Shown here: positions 36,159-42,294 of the stretch, in pieces
Layout of the letters: the number at the start of each line of letters is the position of its first letter
How positions within the stretch are numbered: the stretch's first letter is position 1
Origin: a virus
Direction: 5' to 3' (one strand)
UHGV virus genome: UHGV-2027207
Length of the DNA: 42,294 bases
Program-made: the position numbers and the translations under genes
Notes under the pieces: generated by a model
The model's input: only the letters and a program-made list of their open reading frames with translations
What the model was told of the DNA's origin: nothing
The model's database searches: none

Positions 36159-36365
36159 TCATTGGAACATTCTAAACTGTCTTGGATGACCTTGTGTTTG
36201 CATATACAAGATATTATCTAACTTATAAACAGCAATAGTTTTCTTCTTGTTTGAGATCATCATTTGCGTTGGATCAATCTTTATATATACCTCATTAAAA
36301 TGTCGATTAATGATGACACCATCTTCATCTTTGACTGTTAAAATTAAGTTGTCTACTAACAGCAT
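36159..36365 (-). CDS. hypothetical protein
   Basis: ORF. Confidence 0.4.
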   Translation of the reverse strand: MLLVDNLILTVKDEDGVIINRHFNEVYIKIDPTQMMISNKKKTIAVYKLDNILYMQTQGHPRQFRMFQ

Positions 36366-36379
36366 TTTAAAGTTCCTCC

Positions 36380-36628
36380 TTATACATAGAACGTTATTCC
36401 ATCTAGAGCAATACCATCAGTGGTTATAACATTTGGACTCAATGCTGTTACTTCTAAATCCAGTAATCCATTTTTTAATTCAATCCACTCATCATATAAA
36501 TAGTATACTTTACTAGCACGTTCAAATAGTAACGTTTCTTCTGTTTTATTGTCTACAATCTCAATATAATACTTATCATCATGGTCAGGCATATTATCTA
36601 GTAATTCAATAATGTTTGCAATTTTCAT
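36380..36628 (-). CDS. hypothetical protein (start refined to MKIANIIEL); N-terminal paralog of 36664-36876
   Basis: GAGGAGGA upstream. N-termini MKIANIIELLDN versus MNVGNIIELKRDN. Confidence 0.5.
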   Translation of the reverse strand: MKIANIIELLDNMPDHDDKYYIEIVDNKTEETLLFERASKVYYLYDEWIELKNGLLDLEVTALSPNVITTDGIALDGITFYV

Positions 36629-36660
36629 TTTAATATTCCTCCTCTTTATCTTATGAGTTA

Positions 36661-36689
36661 ATCTTACCACGCAAAATTCACCTTGTCAA
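36661..36689 (-). promoter_or_regulatory. promoter module copy TTGACA-N17-TAAGAT + leader TAACTCATAAGATAAAGAGGAGG
   Basis: Lies inside the 3' end of the upstream ORF. The leader is near-identical to the one at 8396-8415. Confidence 0.45.
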
Positions 36690-36876
36690 TAGTTTTTGTT
36701 GCTAATATTAAATCTTTTTCTAGGAAGGCTTCTGTTGAGCCACTGAACAACTTGACCATTATTTCATATCCATCAACTGGTTTATAAAGCTTGTACAGAA
36801 TCACTCCTTTGTCACCTTTACAGCCTAATCCGTTTAAATTATCTCGTTTTAATTCTATTATATTTCCAACATTCAT
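36664..36876 (-). CDS. hypothetical protein
   Basis: RBS AGGAGG. Confidence 0.5.
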   Translation of the reverse strand: MNVGNIIELKRDNLNGLGCKGDKGVILYKLYKPVDGYEIMVKLFSGSTEAFLEKDLILATKTIDKVNFAW

Positions 36877-36906
36877 GATTATTTCCTCCTATTAACTTAT
36901 GTACTA

Positions 36907-36935
36907 AGTATAGCATGATAAAAGAAAAGAGTCAA
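36907..36935 (-). promoter_or_regulatory. promoter module TTGACT-N17-TGCTATACT + leader TAGTACATAAG..AGGAGG
   Basis: Pattern match with an exact 17-bp spacer. Confidence 0.6.
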
Positions 36936-36955
36936 CCATTTAGGCTAACTCTTTT
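36925..36955 (-). terminator. terminator-like hairpin after 36965-37657
   Basis: AAAAGAGT..ACTCTTTT with U-rich flanks. Confidence 0.35.
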
Positions 36956-36964
36956 TAATTTATT

Positions 36965-37657
36965 TTAAAATGGTAACTCTTCTTCTGATACTGATTCTTT
37001 TTGGTCATATGGGTCTAATGGTTGTGCTTCTAACCATCCATATGGTGATTTAGGGTCTAACATATTTTTATTCACAGTGCAGTCTACAACCATTCCAATT
37101 GCCATATCTGCTGTATCCCAGGTTACATTTACGTCTTCAAATAATTCATTAAATCTCGCTTTTGCTTTTGCAAGTTTAGCTTGGTTAGGAATAAATTTGT
37201 TCAATTTCTCAATATATACTCCTGAGTTGAAGTTGAAAGAGTAGTATTTACCTTCATGTTCTACAACTACCGCACGTCCTTTGGCACTGTCTTTAATTTC
37301 AACAATTGGAACTTGTTTTAACCGTTTTAGTGAGACCAGTGGCTTCTCAATCTTTTTGAATGATGTACCTTCTTCAAAGTAGGCTTTACCTGTTTCTTCA
37401 TCTACATACATTTCTAATTCTTTATCTTCAAGATTATCAAACGATCCACCTAACATTTCTAAGGCTTTAGCTAATCGTTCTTTAGCTTTTGTATCTTCAT
37501 CTGTGAACTCTCTCCATGTTTTAGAGTCTTTATCATATGATTTTTTGAATACTGCAGCGTCATAGATAGCGCTATAATCTTCGCTGGCTACCTGTAATTT
37601 CACACTAATATCATCTTCCTCTGCGCTAACAATAATTACTTTTTTCAATTCTGACAT
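36965..37657 (-). CDS. SSB-like / DUF2815-like protein candidate with an acidic C-terminal tip (SEEELPF)
   Basis: The C-terminal tail resembles the SSB DDDIPF partner-binding tip. Sits beside a DUF1351-like gene. Has its own promoter. Confidence 0.35.
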   Translation of the reverse strand: MSELKKVIIVSAEEDDISVKLQVASEDYSAIYDAAVFKKSYDKDSKTWREFTDEDTKAKERLAKALEMLGGSFDNLEDKELEMYVDEETGKAYFEEGTSFKKIEKPLVSLKRLKQVPIVEIKDSAKGRAVVVEHEGKYYSFNFNSGVYIEKLNKFIPNQAKLAKAKARFNELFEDVNVTWDTADMAIGMVVDCTVNKNMLDPKSPYGWLEAQPLDPYDQKESVSEEELPF

Positions 37658-37702
37658 TTTAATTCCTCCAATTAATTTGTTTTATTCTCGTTTACAAAAT
37701 CT

Positions 37703-37713
37703 ATTATAACATA
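37703..37713 (-). promoter_or_regulatory. TG-extended -10 promoter TATGTTATAATAGAT on the minus strand (identical 15-mer to the TMP promoter)
   Basis: Reverse complement of 37699-37713. Confidence 0.45.
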
Positions 37714-37733
37714 TATTCCCTTACTTGTGTATA

Positions 37734-38543
37734 TTATTTTAAAACCTCATACTCAATTTTAATTTTCTTCAAGTCTTCTTTCTTCACCTTGATTGTTACA
37801 TACTCAACGGGTTTAAGAGCCTCCTGTTTTTGCTCGTTTCCAGTGATGATAACAATGTCAGGCACTTTGGTTTCTTTTACTCTAGCTTGTTCTTTTTCAA
37901 GACGTTCTTTCTCTGCGATCATACTTGCATAGTCTAAAATAGCCTCTTGCATGTTAAAGCCGTTTTTAGAGTAGGCAATTAAAATGGCTGAACGATCATC
38001 CTTGTCAGGATAGGTTTGTTTTAATTGTTCATAATCATTCTTGAATGTATCAAAATAAGAAACCACCGCTTCACGTATCTTTTTGGCACTTGTAGCCTTG
38101 TTGGTTATAAGTGTTGGATTTTTGGCAATAAACTTATCAAAAGTAAGCCACTGTGGAGCGTTATATGACTTCTGATATTTTTTAAATAAGTCTTTGATTT
38201 GTAATTTCCTTTGTTCCTGTTCACGTGCAGTAATCTCCTTAATTTGAGCATTGATATGCCCCTCTCCTTCACCCAGGACTTCCTTCAATAGTTTAATCTT
38301 TTCATTGAGTTCGTCATAAGGGGTCATGATTTGCCGTTTGACAGCAAGACGTTCTGAATCTAATTTTTTAATCTCTTTACGAATTTCAGCAAGAAGTTTT
38401 TTATTTTCTATAATGTTTTCCTCATTCACTTCTTGCTCTTTCATTCTTTCAGCTAACCTCCTTACATCTTCAAGTGTTTTTTCGTAACCAATAAACTGTA
38501 TTTCATGTTTACCTGTAGATTTAATTGATAGTTCAAATGCCAT
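37734..38543 (-). CDS. DUF1351-like coiled-coil protein (recombination module)
   Basis: About 270 aa, K/E-rich coiled coil. Confidence 0.4.
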   Translation of the reverse strand: MAFELSIKSTGKHEIQFIGYEKTLEDVRRLAERMKEQEVNEENIIENKKLLAEIRKEIKKLDSERLAVKRQIMTPYDELNEKIKLLKEVLGEGEGHINAQIKEITAREQEQRKLQIKDLFKKYQKSYNAPQWLTFDKFIAKNPTLITNKATSAKKIREAVVSYFDTFKNDYEQLKQTYPDKDDRSAILIAYSKNGFNMQEAILDYASMIAEKERLEKEQARVKETKVPDIVIITGNEQKQEALKPVEYVTIKVKKEDLKKIKIEYEVLK

Positions 38544-38700
38544 TCTCTTCATCCTTCATTTTAAGACGTTTATATTCTACAGCAAAGATTTCATCAATTG
38601 TATAATTGATTTTCAAAAGCCATTTGTATTTTTCAATTAGATCAAACAACTGGTTTTCAGTATAACCATAGTCTAATTTTAAAAGTGTTTTATAGTTCAT
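38536..38700 (-). CDS. 54-aa hypothetical protein (MNYKTLLKLDYGYTENQ...)
   Basis: Not in the track. ATGA overlaps with both neighbours. Confidence 0.4.
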
Positions 38701-38921
38701 ACTCTATCACCTTCCAATTCAATTGTCATTCCTTCATCTCCATCTCCTAGGGTTGGTGTAATCCATGTAACAACTCGTTCTCCATACTTACCAACAAGCT
38801 CATCTATTGTATATCTAGGTGTGTCATAATAAAACCTCGTATCATTTCCAAATATAACTTCTATTAACCCATTATCCTCTAGCAGATGTGCTACATCATT
38901 CACTGTAAGTTTCTTAGTCAT
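38697..38921 (-). CDS. hypothetical protein
   Basis: RBS GGAGGAG. Confidence 0.45.
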   Translation of the reverse strand: MTKKLTVNDVAHLLEDNGLIEVIFGNDTRFYYDTPRYTIDELVGKYGERVVTWITPTLGDGDEGMTIELEGDRV

Positions 38922-38922
38922 T

Positions 38923-39150
38923 TTATAACTCCTCCTTCAGTAACTCTAAATCATCATCACTTAAGCGATCAATTAATTCAATGTCTTCTTCACGTACATC
39001 CTCAAAGCGTGCTGCGAATTCTCCTGTTTCAACCAAGACAAGAATGTTTCCAAACTTGTCTACATGCTGCACAGTACCTTCATCCCCTTGTGCTGCGTGC
39101 ATTCCATAATTATTTGTGAATCTAACTAAATCTCCATATTGGTATTTCAT
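38923..39150 (-). CDS. hypothetical protein (start refined to MKYQYGDLVRF)
   Basis: GAGGAGGA 7 nt upstream of ATG 39150. Confidence 0.45.
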   Translation of the reverse strand: MKYQYGDLVRFTNNYGMHAAQGDEGTVQHVDKFGNILVLVETGEFAARFEDVREEDIELIDRLSDDDLELLKEEL

Positions 39151-39185
39151 TTTTCTTCCTCCTCTATATTTATGTTTTAATTGTA

Positions 39186-39950
39186 TCATCTTATTAGCCA
39201 TTTGTCAACATCCTTTTTGGTAATTTTTCCTTTTGATTTTTTAATCAACCCCTCAAATGTTCTGTATGTTTCTGACTGGTGTAGCTCTACATTAATCATA
39301 TCATGTTTACCAAATTTGTCAACAAATAACTCCCGATCTGTTGTACTTAAGTGGCGATATGAACCTGAGCTGAACACATCATATCCAGTGTGTGTTTTCG
39401 TTGATTCATAAAACTCAATTACTTTAGGGTCATAATTAGCTTCTAAAAGAATAATATCAAGTTTTAACTCATTTGTCAATAGATAAGTTTCATAATCTAC
39501 TAAAGTACTCAAATCAGTAGCATAAATTAAAGTTTGTGAAGGACTCTCTAGAATGAAACCATGTGTTTCTGTGTAGTCTTCAGCTGCACCATGATAATTC
39601 TGAAGTGTTGTGAATTTTATATCTCCAATTTGAAACTGGAAATCATCTTTGAATGTTATGTCTACACTACTAAGTTTGCGTTTTAGTAGTTCATTGTTAA
39701 CAGTTTCGTTAGATAATATTTTAATGTGGGGAAAGTTTTCTCTAATCTTTTTGTATGTTGTATATACAAGGTGATCCTGGTGTTTATGGGTAATAAATAC
39801 AAATTGTTTATCATATAAATATGGCTCAATATATTTGTATGGCTTTCCAATATCAATTAGGAACCCAATGTTCTCATAATAAATTGACGCTGAGTTTCCT
39901 TTTGAACCGCTAAAATGTATTTTAAAAGTGAATGACGTATTCAAATACAT
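39186..39950 (-). CDS. MBL-fold metallo-hydrolase (putative nuclease)
   Basis: HKHQDH (HxHxDH) motif; N-terminal FSGSKGNS. Confidence 0.7.
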   Translation of the reverse strand: MYLNTSFTFKIHFSGSKGNSASIYYENIGFLIDIGKPYKYIEPYLYDKQFVFITHKHQDHLVYTTYKKIRENFPHIKILSNETVNNELLKRKLSSVDITFKDDFQFQIGDIKFTTLQNYHGAAEDYTETHGFILESPSQTLIYATDLSTLVDYETYLLTNELKLDIILLEANYDPKVIEFYESTKTHTGYDVFSSGSYRHLSTTDRELFVDKFGKHDMINVELHQSETYRTFEGLIKKSKGKITKKDVDKWLIR

Positions 39951-40458
39951 AACCTCCTGTTTGTTTTAATTTACCTTTTAAAACTTTTGTAATACTTGAG
40001 GGGTCTAATCCCAATTGTCTACCACATTCTTTAGTACTATAAAAAGTTTTGGTTTCACCAGTTTTGAGATTAGTTGTTAGAATTGGGATACTTAGCGTTT
40101 TACTCATTCTTTCATTATGCGTTCCATAATTAACATTTTCCTTTGCTGTAACCCATTCCAGATTTGAAACCCTGTTGTTTGTTTTATCCTCGTCAATATG
40201 ATTTACCTGTGGTTTATTATCAGGGTTTAGGATAAACGCCTGAGCTACTAGACGATGTACTCTAAATGTTTTTAATTTTGACTTTATTGATAACGTTACT
40301 ATTGGATATCCCCAATCATTCAGATAATTCTTTAAAACCTTACCTTTACGTACTCTACCTAACTTATCTATACTATCATAACTTCTAACTCTTCCTAAAT
40401 TACTAACTTGATAAATACCTTCATACCCTTTAATATCTTTCCAAATTTCTCCAATCAT
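39922..40458 (-). CDS. HNH homing endonuclease (NUMOD4 + HNH_3)
   Basis: MIGEIWKDIKGYEGIYQVSNLGRV...HRLVAQAF...NHIDEDKTNN..NLEW. Confidence 0.85.
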   Translation of the reverse strand: MIGEIWKDIKGYEGIYQVSNLGRVRSYDSIDKLGRVRKGKVLKNYLNDWGYPIVTLSIKSKLKTFRVHRLVAQAFILNPDNKPQVNHIDEDKTNNRVSNLEWVTAKENVNYGTHNERMSKTLSIPILTTNLKTGETKTFYSTKECGRQLGLDPSSITKVLKGKLKQTGGYVFEYVIHF

Positions 40459-40919
40459 TTATTCCTGTCCTCCCACCGATTTCCTTCTAATTCCCAAAGC
40501 TCTCTACCAAGCTTATTAGCTTCTTTCCAGTTTTGTTGCTCACATGCATCTCCAATAGCTACAATTAACGCATGACGCTTAGGCTCTACTTTCTTTCTGA
40601 AAGGACGTGCCACACGCTCTACCCCTTCTTTTGGATTAATAGCGTAACCAATATTAGTGTAGTGACTATTTTGTACATTACCATCTTTAAAATATAAATA
40701 TCCTAAGTTGTGTTCATTTTTAACAAACATATCTGCTACTAATTGAGAGACGTAGAATTTACGTGACTTCGTATGTGAGCCTTCAAGTACTACATACATT
40801 TTTCCATTCTTTGGATCAACTAATTCAGTTTCATATCGTTCTTTGTCTAAATGAAACACATGACCTTCATCCGTTATGGCATACATATCGTAAGGCTCAT
40901 TTAATGGTTCAAATCTCAT
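40455..40919 (-). CDS. divergent NUMOD4/HNH-like protein, possibly degenerate
   Basis: YDMYAITDEGHVF and KFYVSQLVADMFV echo NUMOD4 and the HRLVAQAF motif. ATGA overlap with the neighbouring HNH. Confidence 0.4.
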   Translation of the reverse strand: MRFEPLNEPYDMYAITDEGHVFHLDKERYETELVDPKNGKMYVVLEGSHTKSRKFYVSQLVADMFVKNEHNLGYLYFKDGNVQNSHYTNIGYAINPKEGVERVARPFRKKVEPKRHALIVAIGDACEQQNWKEANKLGRELWELEGNRWEDRNK

Positions 40920-41148
40920 TATATTTTTCCTCCAGTTTGATTAATTGATCTACATAGACTTTCACTTTCTTTAAATCTTCAACGCCATTCTTTTGTTTAT
41001 AACGTTTTAAATATTTAATTGTATTTCCTAAGTAGAAACCTGTGACTTGTTCGTATGTCAATAGGTCATCTTCAAAAATATCAAAGAGTTGTTTTCCTGA
41101 ATTGGTTTTGTAACGTGTTGTATTTTCTAATTCTTCAACTGTAGTCAT
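40909..41148 (-). CDS. DUF3310-like phage protein
   Basis: GNTIKYLKRYKQKNGVEDLKK..VYVDQLI motif. Confidence 0.5.
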   Translation of the reverse strand: MTTVEELENTTRYKTNSGKQLFDIFEDDLLTYEQVTGFYLGNTIKYLKRYKQKNGVEDLKKVKVYVDQLIKLEEKYNEI

Positions 41149-41179
41149 TATATCAAATCCTCTCTTTGTTTATATATTT

Positions 41180-41208
41180 ATACTATCATATAGTATCTTA
41201 CTTGTCAA
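41180..41208 (-). promoter_or_regulatory. promoter TTGACA-N17-TAGTAT
   Basis: Exact -35 and a plausible -10 upstream of 40909-41148. Confidence 0.4.
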
Positions 41209-41224
41209 CACAAAACTTTTATTT

Positions 41225-41299
41225 TATGCTATAATAAAGTATAGGGATTCCTCCTCCCTCCTCTCGTTAAGACTAGCCAAGTGGCTAGTCTTTTTGTTT
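41225..41299 (+). ncRNA. candidate ~55-nt C-rich sRNA: TG-extended -10 (TATGCTATAAT, 41225-41235) to a strong terminator (41269-41299)
   Basis: Transcribed sequence AGGGAUUCCUCCUCCCUCCUCUCG + 10-bp stem AAGACUAGCC/GGCUAGUCUU + U-tract. No ORF. Confidence 0.35.
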
Positions 41300-41485
41300 A
41301 TAGTTTTGAATATCTGATAAATATCCAAATACCTCGCGCGCTGTATGAAAATCAACTCTATGAGTATCTTGTGGTTCATTAACATGAAAAACCTCTACAT
41401 AATATTTTAACTCAAATCTGGATTGACTAACTACTGTCGCACAGTATCCATTTGTAAACTCTGTGCTAAATAATTGTTTATCCAT
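41285..41485 (-). CDS. hypothetical protein
   Basis: ORF. Confidence 0.4.
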   Translation of the reverse strand: MDKQLFSTEFTNGYCATVVSQSRFELKYYVEVFHVNEPQDTHRVDFHTAREVFGYLSDIQNYKQKD

Positions 41486-42234
41486 CAGTTGTCCTCCATT
41501 CTACGTAGTTCACGCTTACGCACACTTTCATATGTTTGCATTACTTCATCCTCTGACAGCGGTGGAACACACCCTATCTGATTAACATACAGAGACCACA
41601 CACGTACCTCATCATGATTCAGTCCTGTAGCAAATAATTTACCAATTTGGGTGGTTAGCCAGATATTTCTTCCTCCTTCCCCACTACCTGCAATTATATC
41701 ACCTAATAGGGTTGCTGTCCACTTTCTCTCTCTCTTCTTATTCTTTTTTGTAATTGTTTTATCTGTGAACATCTCTAACCATTTCTCAGGTAGTTCTGCC
41801 ATTTCTACATCACGTGCTACCTCATAATATGTTCCATCAATTTTGCTAGGTGGTGCTAATATTATTCTGCCGTGTGTTTGAAAATCAACACCTTTTAGTT
41901 GAGGATGATTTTGAATGAATTGAGTGTCATTGTATTTCTCATCAAGTTTAAAATAATAATGGTAACCTCCACTTGGTGTCTTAACAACCTTAGTTTTTGG
42001 TAACTCAATGCCATAAGTATCCAAGAACTCTTTTAAGTTACCAAGACCATCTACTCCATTATGGTTGTCAATGTCAATGACTGCAATACCACTTGTTTTA
42101 CCAGTAGCATATGCAACATTTCCTCCTTCTGCTATCCATTGGTCAACTATTTTATCATCTTCTCCTCCAAATGCTCCTGCGACTAATGGTGCTTTACCAT
42201 TTTTCTTAATGCGTAGTCTTTTAATTTCTTTCAA
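41485..42234 (-). CDS. bifunctional primase-polymerase (AEP Prim-Pol domain)
   Basis: IAVIDIDNH...GYHYYF pattern. TTG start with AGGAGGA RBS. Confidence 0.65.
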   Translation of the reverse strand: MKEIKRLRIKKNGKAPLVAGAFGGEDDKIVDQWIAEGGNVAYATGKTSGIAVIDIDNHNGVDGLGNLKEFLDTYGIELPKTKVVKTPSGGYHYYFKLDEKYNDTQFIQNHPQLKGVDFQTHGRIILAPPSKIDGTYYEVARDVEMAELPEKWLEMFTDKTITKKNKKRERKWTATLLGDIIAGSGEGGRNIWLTTQIGKLFATGLNHDEVRVWSLYVNQIGCVPPLSEDEVMQTYESVRKRELRRMEDN

Positions 42235-42264
42235 AATAATATCCTCCTCTTAACTTATGAACTA

Positions 42265-42293
42265 AGTATAACACCCCAATTAAGGGGCGTCAA
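42265..42293 (-). promoter_or_regulatory. promoter TTGACG-N17-TGTTATACT + leader TAGTTCATAAG..AGGAGG with a palindromic spacer (ACACCCC..GGGGCGT)
   Basis: Near-duplicate of the 33275-33303 module. Confidence 0.6.
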
Positions 42294-42294
42294 G

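Noticed and set aside
1-42294. Integrase, cI/Cro-type repressor pair or attP
   Set aside because: No tyrosine or serine recombinase motifs and no HTH repressor adjacent to the divergent region were found. Together with the full replication set this points to a lytic lifestyle rather than a prophage.

Overview
The window reads as an essentially complete, tightly packed genome of a virulent, low-GC (Staphylococcus-like) siphovirus. No integrase or repressor is visible. Assignment to a siphovirus rests on the holin, the NUMOD4/HNH endonucleases and the HK97-type structural genes. The genes form two divergent arms that start in an iteron-rich, dyad-symmetric control region at 8426-8866 and converge on a bidirectional terminator at 32227-32264. 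The plus arm (8867-32226) carries small early genes, a terminase-associated HNH, a candidate cos region, terS, terL, portal, prohead protease, a major capsid protein with a fused scaffold-like N-terminus, head-tail connectors, major tail protein, G/G-T chaperones produced by a -1 frameshift, a 1589-aa tape measure with two lytic domains, Dit, Tal, a fibre protein, an XhlA-like protein plus holin, and an amidase endolysin. The minus arm (32299-42234, continuing at 8383-23 if the molecule is circular) carries replication and recombination genes. These include a PrimPol (AEP), DUF3310, an MBL-fold hydrolase, a DUF1351-like protein, an SSB-like protein, a family B DNA polymerase, Dam methylase, NrdH, a D5/P4-type NTPase, a VRR-NUC nuclease and an SNF2-like helicase, plus many small ORFs. 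Seven homing-endonuclease genes (NUMOD4-HNH or GIY-YIG) are scattered through both arms. The most distinctive signals are regulatory. On the minus strand there is a family of at least seven near-identical promoter-leader modules (TTGACW-N17-TGnTATACT-TAGTTCATAAG-N5-AGGAGG). On the plus strand there is a family of terminator-coupled TG-extended -10 promoters (TnTGnTATAAT). Two promoter+terminator-bounded non-coding transcripts are candidates for sRNAs, one between terS and terL and one C-rich sRNA at 41226-41299. The control region is a 115-bp perfect dyad flanked by about 13 TGACAAAA/TTTTGTCA sites. Two tandem pairs of paralogous small genes may be accessory or anti-defence loci. No tRNA, CRISPR array or integrase was found.
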